Assembly (NCBI GenBank): GCA_019828565.1
Contig: JAHDYR010000038.1
Location: 388,735 to 452,734, forward strand
Direction of reading: 5' to 3'
DNA: 64,000 nucleotides
From: Carpediemonas membranifera BICM
Taxonomy: Eukaryota > Protista > Fornicata
The notes under the pieces are model-generated. The model ran no database searches. It worked only from the letters and a program-made list of their open reading frames with translations, and had not been told where the DNA came from. Positions 12,329 through 24,233 of this stretch are shown here, one piece after another. How positions within the stretch are numbered: position 1 is the first letter of the stretch; every line of letters begins with the position of its first letter. The position numbers and the translations under genes are program-made.

Positions 12329-12883
12329 AGGATTTACCGTCTAGTGAAGCTCATCTGCGTGGCTGTGGGCGTGTTCATGAAGCTCAGCTCGTACCCGCAC
12401 CGCTGCCCGAGCACGGTCGCCACGCCCATGACGGAGCGGCTTCAGAATCGTTGGCAACGATGGTTCGGACACACAGAGCAGCCGTGAAAAGGAGTAGCAG
12501 GAGACTGAGACGGGGCTTGACATTCTTTCAAGCATTTGTTGGTTCTGGTTGATTATTCGACACCAATGTGTCGAATCGAGAATGTGACTTCAACTATATT
12601 GTGACAATTGAACTTCAACGGTTGAAAGCCGAGTCTTGTGCAACTTAGGGCATGCCTTGATGATGCAGACCATGTAAGATGCATGGACATCTCGTGCTCC
12701 ATAGCTCAGACCATGTTCGTGACCATGAAAAAAACTCCGCCCAAAGATTGGATGCAGCGTGGAAAGACAGACAACAGGGGATGTCCCAGTGTCAACGGTC
12801 GGCCGGATCTGCGGTCACGGAGTCGGACTGAGCTCTCTGCGCAGTCGACCCGAGAACCAAGGCTGAGGTGAGCGCCAAACTCA

Positions 12884-13303
12884 ATGGACGCCTCTGAAAC
12901 AACACCGAAAGACACCAGAGAGGTAAGGAGAGACCCTAGCCCCCTTTGGTTCCTGTGCAAGAAGACTGCATTCACACACCGCGCTGCCGAGGCAGATTCT
13001 ACCTCCTTCGTCCCGTTATATGCCGGCCGGGCCTTCCACACTGGCTGCCTGGCAGTCCCCCCGGTAGTCGCCCTCCACGGCTCCCTGAACACCGGGGTCG
13101 CGGTCACTGCCAAGAGCGTGTTCCGCTGGGGCGGCGCCTGGTGTCCGACCGTGGCCCCATCGGGCGGTGTGGGGGCGTACGAGAGGAGACTGCGGCCGTG
13201 GCATAGAAATGAGCTTGTCACCGCAGTATTTGTCTCACAACCAGATCATCGTGTCAACCCAGGGCAGGTCATGTCGTCGCCGGGGACAACGATGACAGAA
13301 TAG
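12884..13303 (+). pseudogene. Fragment of the lineage-specific family represented by 32154..33710
   Basis: PLWFLCKKTAFTH...LYAGRAF...PPV...VTAKSVFR...YE..LRPWHRNELVTAV aligns by eye with LPWFLCKKLYFTH...YAGRFF...PPV...VTAKGLYR...YEADQPAWHKDRVVTDL. Confidence 0.6.
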
Positions 13304-13387
13304 AATACAACGATGACCATGAGCTTGACTAATGGCACGCACGCTCAGTGGTCCGTCATTAATACACAGCAATCCATCCGGTTGGCT

Positions 13388-13554
13388 CCACTCGCCATCA
13401 TCACGGCCCACAGCGTGCCTTGGAGCAGGGTGTGCAGGGCGACCGGGAGCTCCTGCCCCTCCGCGAGCTCGACGTTCATGGAGAGCGGGGGACCGTCTGC
13501 GAGGATCGAGCGGGCGCGGTCGAGCAGGGCTTGCGCCGTTGGTTTGAGAGGGGA
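13388..13554 (-). repeat. ~165 bp near-identical inverted copy of 32241..32407 (gene fragment)
   Basis: Both encode PLKPTAQALLDRARSILADGPPLSMNVELAEGQELPVALHTLLQGTLWAVMMASG. Confidence 0.85.
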
Positions 13555-14146
13555 TTTCTGAAGCAAGATTTGGGAATGACGATTGGAGAAGATGGATTCG
13601 GGCGAAATACGGCTGCACATTTGTATCATAGTAGCGTATCTGTCATGAATACGCGGTATTATGCATCGAAGGCGCATGGAATTGGCGTGGCGAGCAAATC
13701 ATGGCTGTTCCCGGGAACGAGGGCATCTGCGTCGCTTGAAACGCATGAACTGCCATTACAGAGCTATTGTAGCCATCCTGTGTGATTTTTGTGCTCATCT
13801 GCCGAGTTTCGCCTGCTGGCATGCCATCGTTCTTTCGCGAAGATGATCGAGCTGATGTCAGACGACCGTCGGGAAGACTGTTGGTTGCATCGTCCATTTG
13901 GTCCAAGACGCACATACATCGCATGATGGTGGCCTCGCGGCCTTCCGACGCGTGTCGTCAAGATCTATCTCTGTCCTTGACCCGAATTCCGCTCTAGGCA
14001 CGAATCCCGTGCTATAATGGCGACGGATAGGGGCCATACGGGAAATTTCCGACCCTGGCTATATCGGACGCATCTCCAGATCGGGCGATCTCGAAATTCG
14101 ACACTTTGTGTCGAAACTTTCGGCAGACACCAACAGTTCCAGAAAC

Positions 14147-15403
14147 ATGAAGCAGACCGGCATTTGCCTTCTCATTCTTCTGCAGATAGTCACAGTTGCG
14201 ATGTGTTACCGCAGCGCTCAGATGGCCGTTCGCGTCCCTGACGTCTCAGAAGCCGCCAACGAGGATTTCGTCATTATCACGCCGAGCGACGACCACCAAG
14301 GCGTTAATCTGATGGCTACCATCCGGAACAAAGCCACGGACGATGTTACATTCAACTTCTACGATGCCAACTTCCACGACATCGGCAACGATGATGTCGT
14401 CGAGATCAACCCCCATACTTTCATCGTCACCAACGTGACCAATGTCCTCACTGGCACATCCAACCCCTGCTCCGACAAGGGCTCGGCCACGCCGCACCTT
14501 TTCCTCCGCTCAAAGGTCGACAAGGTCGTCTCCGTCAACTACGACGGCACCCAGCTCGCCGAGGCCAGCATTCCCTTCCGCACGGATGACATGCCCATGT
14601 ACTGCGACGGCACCAGTGTCTTCGTTTGCACTCAGAGCGAGCTCCTCGTGTACAACCTCGGTCTCGAGCTGCAGAGCAACCTCACCCTGCCGAACGCCGA
14701 CTTCGACCACATCTTCCCCTACAACAAGGACGGCATCTCAGTCATCCTCTTTGGAGATTATCCTTATGATGATGTGAGCACTATTATCAGCGTCAACACT
14801 GACCGTTCCGACTTTGTGTCCAATGTCAATACAACTGAGTTCACCGAGCTCACTGACAGTTTCTACTTCGGCGGGCGAATTGCTGCCACTAAGGAGGTGG
14901 CCTCAGGCAGCACCATCTACGGCTTCATCGAATACGACTCTGCCGAGCAGACCTGGGGGTTCGGCAGCGACGCCTGGTACAACGTGACAAGCGATGGTGC
15001 AAGCGATGCTGCTTCAGTCATGTACATCTACGCGATCGATGACGAGCTCAACGATGCTTCTTCCGTCTCTGTTTTATATCTTGATGCCAGTAACCCTGAA
15101 AACATTGCATTGATCGCTGATAGTCACCTTGCCGACGCTAATATGCACCCCATCGACGGCACCGAGGAGATCATCGTCTACTCGGCGGCTGATTACCCCT
15201 GCTTGGTGCAGTCGGAGTGCTTTTATATGCGGCTTCGGCTCTTCTCGGATTTGTACCTCAACTACGCCCTCACTGAGACCACAGTCGGCGACGTGACATC
15301 CAATGAGATGCTCTTGACCTTCCAGCGCCCCAACAAGGATGCTGCTGCCTGGGTCAAGGTCGGCCTCCTTGCGGTGCTCCTCGCATTGCTGGTGCTGGCC
15401 TAA
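14147..15403 (+). CDS. Signal-peptide protein with C-terminal membrane anchor (putative surface protein)
   Basis: MKQTGICLLILLQIVTVAMC signal peptide; acidic beta-rich body; C-terminal hydrophobic VGLLAVLLALLVLA. Confidence 0.8.
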   Translation: MKQTGICLLILLQIVTVAMCYRSAQMAVRVPDVSEAANEDFVIITPSDDHQGVNLMATIRNKATDDVTFNFYDANFHDIGNDDVVEINPHTFIVTNVTNVLTGTSNPCSDKGSATPHLFLRSKVDKVVSVNYDGTQLAEASIPFRTDDMPMYCDGTSVFVCTQSELLVYNLGLELQSNLTLPNADFDHIFPYNKDGISVILFGDYPYDDVSTIISVNTDRSDFVSNVNTTEFTELTDSFYFGGRIAATKEVASGSTIYGFIEYDSAEQTWGFGSDAWYNVTSDGASDAASVMYIYAIDDELNDASSVSVLYLDASNPENIALIADSHLADANMHPIDGTEEIIVYSAADYPCLVQSECFYMRLRLFSDLYLNYALTETTVGDVTSNEMLLTFQRPNKDAAAWVKVGLLAVLLALLVLA

Positions 15404-15691
15404 GCTGAGTCATAAATGGTGACCTGATCACGGGCTGAATTTATGTTGCGCCCAGAGCTAGACTGTCGCCAGATCACAGCAATGTGTCTGGGCCAAAAGG
15501 AGCCGCCCATTTGTCACGGCGGTCACTCTGAACCGGCCGAGACTTGCCGCTGCCCTCATCATTCAGGATGGGCATCTCAAAGGGTGCCGTGAGCAGTGCT
15601 CACTTATTGAAGGGTCAAGCCAGTCATTACTTGGTGTCCGGGGTCCACGGGTCGACGTCGACAAGGACTTACAGGCCAGCGCCCTGCCAGA

Positions 15692-17564
15692 CAGATCGGG
15701 GCTGCTGGCTACAAACTGATCGCTTGTCATGCTGAATAATCTGGCGGCACTACAGAAACGGGAAACATGGGATGAGAACTGGTTATGCCAGAGCTACTCC
15801 ACTTGTGCCATCCAGCATAGTAGTGGCATTCTCTCGCATCTTGGGTCAAATTGTATCTGCCAATCATTTTCGTTCCTTTCAGTTTCAGGCATGCCCACAG
15901 GTCAAAAGACTGCGTTACATCCGTCCTTTTCTTTTCAGGATCAAATCTTTACCAAGTACTTGATGGAAGGCTTAGAATTTCATTTGCCCAGTCTTGTAAT
16001 CGATAGAAACCTCGCTGCTCGGAATTTCGGAATCCCGCTCACCGATTTGAAAAAAAAGAACCTTGATCGTCAGCAGGCTGTGTTATATTGCCCATTGTGA
16101 GGTTCGAAGTAGGCAAAGTAGGTTGTGAGCAAATCTGTCAAAACTTTTGATTAAATCAAACAATACTGCTCGTGGGGGCGGCAGAGCGCGTTAGCAGGGG
16201 AAGTATTGCGAACTGGAACACTACACAAGCCGCACGATGCCCTTGAGCTGCTCCAGCACCTGGTCCTCCACGCTCGCCTCCTCCTCTGTCGGCTCGTACA
16301 GCCCAGACGCCATGTCCTGGGCTATCGAGAGGGGATCCCGGTCGGTCTCGCCGAGGAGGCCGGGGATGTACCCAATCCTCCCGTCAGCTGTCTGTATCAG
16401 CGATGCAATGGACTTATCGTCCCTGGAGCAGAGGGGTGTGAAGGCGACCAGGCTGAAGTCGGCCAGCAGGTCCCGGATGCCCGCGTTGTACTCCCTAAAC
16501 GGGCCGTACGACTCTGCCCGGTTCAGCATGTCAATGCATCGCTCCGGGTCGAACCTATCGTCGTCCCGAAGGTCATCCTCGTCGAACGAGCTTCAGTTCC
16601 TTCTCAAGGCGATGGAGGATGGCGGCAAGGGAGTTGTGGACAGTGTACAGCTCGGTCTGGCCGGGAAGGTCGAAGATCAGGAAGGCGCCACCTTTGAGTT
16701 CCCGGATGGCGGCGAGGAGCGCGTCGAGATTCTTCTCAAGGCTCTCCATGCAGAAGACCATGGCGCCGTTGGGGCCAAGACCTTCATCAGCCATGACTTT
16801 CTCCATGGCAATTATAGAGCGAATGTCCCAATAGGGCTTGTAGGACGCCTCAAGGTGCTCATTCGCGCTGTCGAGGTTGATTATGGCTGCTGGGCGCTTG
16901 ATCTTGCGCATGAAGCTCACAGCTGCGGGCAATAGACTGTTTTACCTGCTCCCGGAGGCCCAAGTACAAGATGTCCATAGTTCATGTGTTTGACCTTCGC
17001 GACCGAATGCATCGCGGTAAGCTGCACCAGCGCAAAGATCATTTCCAGGCCTTGGAGTGCGCCATATTGGATCGCCAATCATCCATTTAGAAGGGGATCT
17101 TGCTGGGGTCAAGAACGGGGTAGGCCGCCTGGAGCGCCACGCCGAACTGGTCGCCGCGGTTACGGGCGATACGGATGTGGCCGCGATCTCGCCAGAGGTA
17201 GCTCCACGAGTTCTGGACCTCCCAGTACTCCTCGCCAGTGATCTCGTCAATGCCCGCACCGACGAGAGTGACAGAGTGGCCAATGCGGTTGGGAGTGCAC
17301 TTCATGGTGGTCTTGGCCACACGGTCGTTGGATGACTTGAAGTCGGGGGTGTCGTCGCAGACACCAATCGCAATGACGTTCGACTGAAGGGCGTGGAGCA
17401 GGGCGTTTTCGTCGCCCTCTGGAACCAGCTTGACGGCAGTAATGAGCCCAGCAGGGTACATCATGTTGGCGGGAACCTTGGAGATGTCGCACTTGTGGTC
17501 GATCTCCATGTAGGGATAGGCGCCCTCGGTGGGAATGGGGTGCGTCATCAGCCACTGGAACGTA
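15692..17564 (-). repeat. Left arm of ~1.87 kb inverted duplication (partner 29342..31213)
   Basis: Reverse-complement near-identity, with a few SNPs and one A-run indel. Contains GPN2 and the cathepsin 3' exon. Confidence 0.95.
16221..16985 (-). pseudogene. GPN2: GPN-loop GTPase (GPN2-like), frameshifted and internally deleted, copy 1
   Basis: MNYGHLVLGPPGAGKT, NLD, GLGPNG, FDLPGQTELY. Frameshift after KTVYC; second break after EKELKL where the segment with the G4 motif appears to be missing. Confidence 0.75.
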
Positions 17565-18495
17565 GCAGCATGGTCACCGCCTGTGTTAGCATGCATGGGG
17601 TTGGGGAAAACGTACCTTCGCATCCATCGCCGACCTCCTCGGGGACGCAATCGAGAACGTACTGGCGGGAGGGCATGTGGGACTGGGGGAAGTTGGGGCC
17701 CTTGATCTTGCGGATCTGGCCGAAGAGAGAGGACATCGCGCCGTGGGCCCAGCAGGAGCCGCACATGCCCTGGTCGAGGACGGTGGGGGCGAAGCGGGTG
17801 GGGCCAGAGGTGTAGTCGATGGCAGTGGCAGCGTTGGCGGCGTCATCGGTGACCTCGTGGTAAGTGAGGCCCATATCGAGGAGCTCGTCGTGGGTGTAGC
17901 GCTGGAACTTGCCGTTGACCATGCGGGTCGAAGACTGCGCGGCGTTGGTGCACTGGGAAGGGACGTCCCAAGCACCAGCGTCGTTCACGCCAGCCTTGAC
18001 CTTGGTGTAGACGAATGACCAGGACATGGAGGCGTCGTAGGTCTGGCCGCCGAGGGGCATGCCAGTGGAGGCGTCAACATAGATGCTGAGATCGGCGTCG
18101 TCGTTGCGGTAGAGATCGGCCTTGACGCCGAAGAACTGAGCAGATCCGACAAGGACGAAGTCGCTGGGGTCGAGGAAGGCGAGGAGGAAGTGCTGGAACA
18201 TGCCCTCGATCTCATCAATGGAAGAGGGCTCGCATTCGAAGTCGTTAATGTGAGTATGGGTGTAGTAATACTCGCTGCCATCGCTGTTGGGGAAGTAGCG
18301 GATGTCGTTGTTGAACTTGAGGGACAAAGCAGCGGAGCCGCCGATCCTGGCAATGTTCACGTCGACGTCGTGAGCGGTGGCGGGATCGTCGGTCTTCACG
18401 ACGGTTGCAGTGTAGCGGCACTTACCACTGCTGCAAGGGCGCTGGATAGAAGCCAAGCACAGCGCAACAAGGATAGCAAGGAAAACGATGCGCAT
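17087..18495 (-). CDS. Papain-family (C1A) cysteine protease with a large N-terminal extension; intron 17581..17615
   Basis: Signal peptide MRIVFLAILVALCLA; QGMCGSCWA catalytic Cys; IGHSV His; QNSW Asn. The 35-nt intron GTACGT...CTAACACAG restores GCEGGD. Confidence 0.9.
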
Positions 18496-18649
18496 TTGTT
18501 GTTGAGATGATCCATGATCCTGACCGGCCTTGACTTCATCAGACACCAGCAAACGCCCATGGGAGGCTTGAGAGAGGCCTGTAGCCGAGCTATGGCAGGC
18601 TGGAATATGCTGGACATGTTCTCGCACACACTATTCATTTATGACCCAC

Positions 18650-21600
18650 TCAGTTCGTCTCGGCCTCGTAAATGCGTTCCTTGACCTCGACCCAACGCTC
18701 TTCGCCCAGTATATCACTGAAGGCGGCCTCAAACAACCCGCCCACGCCCTTGGGACCACATAGCCGGATGCATGCGCCCTGGTTGACAAATTCAGCAACA
18801 GTCTCGGAGTCACGCCGGAGAGCATCTGTCACAAAGAACGGCCGACCCAGGTCTGGCGGCCCCTCGTTCTCGACGACGATGTGTAGCTCCTGGATGGTTC
18901 CCCGTCTGGTGAGGTCGGCCAATTCATCGCCCAGGCAAATGTCGGCGCGGGTCTTGACCCCGTAATAGACCAGAGCGGAACAGCCCCGGGGCAGACTGTG
19001 GAGGAAGGCCCGCATGGGTGCAAAGCCGCAGCCGAGGCCGATGAGGACGGCATTGGTCGTAACAGGTGAGAAGTGGCCCGGACGGATCGAGATTAACAAG
19101 TTATCGCCATGCCTGGAATCGCATATAAATGTGGAACAAAGCCCAGGCCGGCATTGATCTGGCACATCGCTCCTTGTAACGAACAGATCAACGATGCCAG
19201 ACTTCGGAGCGGATGCGGCAGAGTACAGCCGAGCCCTCTGCCTGGGAAGCATCGCGATGGCTCTGGAGAGGCCAACCTTCGGCCTCGTCTTCAAGAGGAC
19301 TTCGAAAACGGTGAGGCCAGCCTCGACAGCCTCAGCAAGGGCAGGCTTGTCTGGGTCACAGAAGGAGTCAACCAAGTCGTCTTGAACTGTCGCCACGCTC
19401 TGCAGATATCGGCACAGTTTCCTGGTGGGTGAGTCATAAAGTGCGATGTACTGACGCATGACCTCCACGAGACGCATGGGGGCGAGGGGCGGAGGTCGCG
19501 GGGCGAGGCAGTCGGGGAGCAGCGGAGTGAGGTGCTCGACGACGATTGTCTCGAGAGGGGAGGCTCCGATGGCTTGGCATGCGAGCATCGCGTCGCCCGG
19601 CCTGTTTCTGGGCAAAACTGCGATCCAGGATTCCGCGGTGAACGCCAGCTTCCGGGTGGGGCACTTGAGTCTAATCAACGAAGTTCGCCGCGTCTGATTC
19701 AGCAGGGTGTTCGTTAGCACGCGAACAGCGATGAACCCCCTCGGGACGGCAATCACGGGAGGCTCCGAGGTGATGAAGACGGCCATGTCCAGCGTCGGCT
19801 CCAGAGTCACGGCGTTGGGGGATGGCCCAAGGTCCGAAAGAATGGAGTCGGTCCAGGCCTCGACCACGGCGTGCTGCTTCGACAGGGGTGCACTGGAGTC
19901 GCGGCGCGTGAGGCTCTCGCTGATGCGGCGGGCACCGAGGGTCTGGAGAACTTCGTCAAGATCATTGGCGGCCTGGCAGAAGCGGGAGTAGGAGCTATCA
20001 CCTAAGCCGAGAATATCATATCGTATCGATAAGCTATCCCTCCACCGTGATAGCGACTGCCAGAACGAGTTTGAAGCTGGTGGGAAGTCTCCGTTGCCGG
20101 CGGTCGACACCACAAATAAGACCAGATCATGCCCAAGGACATCGGCAGGATCAGTGGTCAGCGGAACAGCTTCAGAGTCCCAGCCGTTCTGCTGCAGAGT
20201 CTCGGCCGTGTCGGCAGCGATTCCTCTCGCGGTCCCGCCCTGAGTGGCGTAGTACACGGGAATTCCGGCGACCTCATGGGCAGTGGGGGCGACGTACTTA
20301 CATGACAGAGTTATGGGCTCGGCATCGGCATGTAAATGGGCATGGGCCTCGTCTGACCCGGGAAATGAAAAGAACTCGTCATAAAGTTCCTTGATCACAG
20401 GGTTCTCATCACTCCTACGTGTCACCCCAGGAAGCTCGTCACGACTATGAACCACCTTCCCTCTCTTGGCAACGATCTCGGCGTCCTCGGACCGAGGCAT
20501 GCCACCCCCGCCGAGACAGCCGCCCGGGCAGGCCATGATCTCTATGAAGTGATAGGGCGGGGTCGACTCGGCCGACTCGGTGCTTTTCCAGGCTCGAAGC
20601 TCGTTCATGAGGCGCTGGGCGACAGCTCCGCCGCTGGCGATGGCGACGTTGAGCGTCTGATCGCCAAACTGAAGCGAAGTTGACCGCACCTTGCCGAGAT
20701 CAGACACGTCAAGATTCCATTGTACAGATTCAACAGAATCTATATTCTCAATCCTTGGCATCCACTCGCAGTTTTTGAGTAAGTCCGACCCCTGCGAGAG
20801 GAACTGGCCGCCTGTCCGCAATGCTGCTCGCATGACGCCGCCAGTAACGGCGAAGAGTGACGCTGAGGATGATGAGGGGCCAAACGGGTCGTCCAGCCAC
20901 GCCTCGGGCCAGCTTTGCGGGTCTCCGGCAACTCTGCCCCGCAGTTTAGGGTCGGCCAGTTCGCGAACGGTGAGTACGGCGTCGACGGCCCGGCTATAGT
21001 GGGGCCAGGACTTCTCAACCTTCTTGGCAGTGCATGGCATGAGCGATACTATCATCGGCCTTGGTGATTGGCTGTTCTTCCGGTCATGGTGGAGACGAAT
21101 AGTCTCGGCAAGCATTTCGGCGGGCGACTTGCACGTGCTCAAGTGCTCTAGCAAGTCGGGATACTTTCTTCGTGCCAACTCAACCCAGCCCGGACAACAT
21201 GAAGTTATGATCGGTAGGGGGCGGGTTGCACTCGGGTCGAACAGCCTCTGGACAAGCTCGTACGACTCCTCGATGACTGTGAGATCCGCCCCGACCTGGA
21301 CATCGAAAACTCGGTCAAAGCCGATGGTTTTGAGGTAATGGACAAGCTGGCCGAGAGATATGGCGCCTGGTTCGAGTCCGAAAAGCTCAGCGAAGCCGAT
21401 GCGGACGGAGGGAGCAATCATGGCACATACCTCACCCTCGCCTTCCCGGATCAACTGAAGCACCTTTTCCACTTCCGACTGCTCTGTGGCCGCCCCAGTA
21501 GGGCACATAAGGGTGCATTGTCCGCAAGAGATGCACTGGGAGTCGGCAACGCTGTCTGCCGCGTCAAGAGAGACCCTGCCAGTCGCGCAGTCTAAGGCCA

Positions 21601-22072
21601 GTGCATCCACGCACTGCACATCGCCGCACACTCGGACGCAGCGCTCGCAGCCGATGCAGAGGGCGGGGTCGATGTGGATTGCCGGGGAGTCGAGGGTCGC
21701 CCCTGATAGAACCTGGCTGTGAATCGCAGAGAAGTGGGCGTCAGGGGCGACTGTGGTGGGTAGAGGGTGTCTTATTCTGTCCTCGAGCTCTGCCGTGGCG
21801 TAGAGGCGGCGGTGAGCGAGGGCTGAGGATGATGTCCTGACTTTCATGCCCTTGGTGAGCTCAGTGATGCAGGAGGAAACAAAGGATATTGTGCCATCAG
21901 TAGACCACAGTTCGACAACACATACGCCGCATTTGCCGGGATTATGGGTGAGACGGGGATGATAGCAGACTGAGGGCAAAGGAATGCCGTACTGGCGACA
22001 AGCTTGGAGGATAGTGGTCTTCTCTTCTACGCTATACGACTTATCATCGATTTGAACCTCAATAAGAGGCAT
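18650..22072 (-). CDS. [FeFe]-hydrogenase fused to flavodoxin + FAD/NAD(P)H-binding (CysJ/CPR-like) domains
   Basis: N-terminal 2Fe-2S Cys residues; two CxxCxxCxxxC ferredoxin motifs; H-cluster motifs TSCCPGW, MPCTAKKVE, EIMACPGGCLGGGG; flavodoxin YATQGGTA, STAGNGDFP, GLGDSSY; RLYSAAS; GCGFAPMRAF. Likely start is MPLIEVQID. Confidence 0.93.
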   Translation of the reverse strand: MPLIEVQIDDKSYSVEEKTTILQACRQYGIPLPSVCYHPRLTHNPGKCGVCVVELWSTDGTISFVSSCITELTKGMKVRTSSSALAHRRLYATAELEDRIRHPLPTTVAPDAHFSAIHSQVLSGATLDSPAIHIDPALCIGCERCVRVCGDVQCVDALALDCATGRVSLDAADSVADSQCISCGQCTLMCPTGAATEQSEVEKVLQLIREGEGEVCAMIAPSVRIGFAELFGLEPGAISLGQLVHYLKTIGFDRVFDVQVGADLTVIEESYELVQRLFDPSATRPLPIITSCCPGWVELARRKYPDLLEHLSTCKSPAEMLAETIRLHHDRKNSQSPRPMIVSLMPCTAKKVEKSWPHYSRAVDAVLTVRELADPKLRGRVAGDPQSWPEAWLDDPFGPSSSSASLFAVTGGVMRAALRTGGQFLSQGSDLLKNCEWMPRIENIDSVESVQWNLDVSDLGKVRSTSLQFGDQTLNVAIASGGAVAQRLMNELRAWKSTESAESTPPYHFIEIMACPGGCLGGGGMPRSEDAEIVAKRGKVVHSRDELPGVTRRSDENPVIKELYDEFFSFPGSDEAHAHLHADAEPITLSCKYVAPTAHEVAGIPVYYATQGGTARGIAADTAETLQQNGWDSEAVPLTTDPADVLGHDLVLFVVSTAGNGDFPPASNSFWQSLSRWRDSLSIRYDILGLGDSSYSRFCQAANDLDEVLQTLGARRISESLTRRDSSAPLSKQHAVVEAWTDSILSDLGPSPNAVTLEPTLDMAVFITSEPPVIAVPRGFIAVRVLTNTLLNQTRRTSLIRLKCPTRKLAFTAESWIAVLPRNRPGDAMLACQAIGASPLETIVVEHLTPLLPDCLAPRPPPLAPMRLVEVMRQYIALYDSPTRKLCRYLQSVATVQDDLVDSFCDPDKPALAEAVEAGLTVFEVLLKTRPKVGLSRAIAMLPRQRARLYSAASAPKSGIVDLFVTRSDVPDQCRPGLCSTFICDSRHGDNLLISIRPGHFSPVTTNAVLIGLGCGFAPMRAFLHSLPRGCSALVYYGVKTRADICLGDELADLTRRGTIQELHIVVENEGPPDLGRPFFVTDALRRDSETVAEFVNQGACIRLCGPKGVGGLFEAAFSDILGEERWVEVKERIYEAETN

Positions 22073-22287
22073 GTGTCTCAAAGTGAGGATGTCATCGACA
22101 TTTGACTTGGCCACAGTCGCTCGTCTCAGATCCCAGCTACTGCCAGTGCTGGTAGTAGTGGTACCTTGTGGTGACCACACGTCTCTCACCTCAGCAAACA
22201 TCTCGGTGGTTTCTCTAAGCAGCACTCTCCCATCCGCATTTCACTCCTCGTACTCGCTCATATATATCGTTTATTGATCACTCACCC

Positions 22288-23059
22288 TTACTGGGCCGCC
22301 TTGGCCTTGGTGCGGGAGCGGGTGTTCATGGCTGGGGAATCGGGGTAGGCAACGGGCATGCGGCTACTGCGCTTCCTCTGGGGTGACTTAGGGGTGACTG
22401 GAGCAGCGGGCTCGGGGACTGCGGGCTCCTCGGTGGCCTCAGACTCCTTCTCGACCTTGCAGCTAGAGCAAGTGGGGAAGAAAGAGAGCATGGAGACGAG
22501 AGAGATCATGCCGAGAGCAAAAGCGTCAATGGGAAGAGCATACGCGGTGAAGACAGCAAACTTAGGCACGAAGCACACAGTAGCGGCCGACAGGGCGGGT
22601 ACGAAGAGGAGGAAGAAGGTATAGGGGCGGGTGGGCGGTGTGAGCATCACAAAGGCGATGAGGGCACCAGTCAGGAGGGTGTGGACGAGGATGACGTCAG
22701 CACGCTCACGCATAGTCTCGCTGAAGGCCATGCCCTCCTCGGGGCTGGCCTTGAAGGCTTCAAGGAGCTCCATTGCGGGGAAGGCAATGAGGGGAATGAG
22801 GAGGCAGCAGATGAAGAAGATGGCGCGGCTGGTGGAAGCAGTGAAGGAGAAGCGCATCCCAACGATACGTGCAAGGGCGGCGGAGCAGAAGTTGAAAAGA
22901 ACGATCGCAACGAAGACACCAAGGGTGACGACGCCAGCAATCGTCATGCGAGTGAGGGGAGCTTCAAAAGACCCATCAGAAAACTTCTCTACGTGCTTGT
23001 TCACAAATTCAAGCAGACAGGACGACATAGAGGCAGCGAAGGCAGAATAACGCTCCATG
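22288..23059 (-). CDS. Multi-pass membrane protein of unknown function
   Basis: About 5 hydrophobic segments and a Pro/basic C-terminal tail in ORF 22288..23346. The upstream part overlaps RPB5, so the true start is placed at an internal Met (uncertain). Confidence 0.6.
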
Positions 23060-23266
23060 GAACTTCTCGTGTCCAAAAAATCGACTCCACTCAAACTCGG
23101 CTCAGGGGTCCCGCGGACCAGTATCATGCTGGTAGAGGCATTCATAAAGCATCCATCAGGCCACACGAGAAGAATCATTTTTTCTCCCGGATGACACATC
23201 GAGCACCGGCATTCCAGGCACCCAAGCAAGTCGAATACCGATACTTTTTTATGCACACGCGACGAT

Positions 23267-23963
23267 CTACACGACAATTCTGTAGGAAATATAGCGGCCG
23301 GCCGTCTCCGACGAACGGACGATCTTGATGACGTCGCCCTTCTCAAAGCCGTAGTAGCGGCGCACAGGGTCCTTCTTCAGCAGACGGGGGAGGGCGGTAG
23401 CGTTATTGATGTCAATCCTGCTGTGTGAATGCTCTGATAAACGGGGGAAACAAACTACCGCTTGAAAAGCTCCTTCTTTTGCTCATCAGTCAGTCTGATG
23501 TGAAGAGGGACGAGGACGTGCTTGGTGATGTTCACAATGAGTTCCTCTTCGCAGAAAAGGTCGAGGCGGGTGTCGGATGTGAGGTTCACCTTCTCGGCAA
23601 ACTGCTCCACGGCGGGAGAGATCGCCTGGCGGCCAATCATGATGCATCTGCGAGTACCAGTCGAAATGTTGTTCTTGACGGCGCTGTGTAAGCCTTGCAA
23701 GGTGAAACTAACGTCTCCGCCATCTTGACGGTGAGCCTCTTCTCGCTGTTGTCGAAAATAACACGGATGTTGTCTTCAGGATCATTCTCCATGTGTGTTT
23801 CGATCGTAAGAGCGTCGCGAACCTGCGGGTTGCCGGCATGATGATCCTTGAACGTTGCAAAGTCCATAGTCAGATCCTCTTCGCGAACCTTGAAGCCCCG
23901 ATCACGGAGCATCTCAAAAACTGTGCGCTGAACTCTAAAGACGTTGGAAAGCTCTTCGTTCAT
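23267..23963 (-). CDS. RPB5: RNA polymerase I/II/III subunit RPB5; introns 23684..23712 and 23421..23458
   Basis: [41 protein letters not shown]...[23 protein letters not shown]. Two short GT-AG introns join the frames. Confidence 0.93.
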
Positions 23964-24233
23964 GCTGTTTTGCGGCAAACGGACGAACACGAAGTCCACT
24001 GCTCCTTAAAGTGCACATCGCAAGTACTCAACGTGGCGCGGCTCCTTGAGCTGATATAAAGGCATGATCATGATGCTACGGAGATGCTGCACGGAAAATC
24101 TTCCAAATCTAGCACCTAAATTCATTCCAATTGTTCGTAATCAAATGATTAAGTGTCAGTGTTTCCGGTCTGGATCCTTAAACACATCCAAACTTCATCC
24201 CTCCATTCGTATCCGCAATCTTTATATTCAGTC

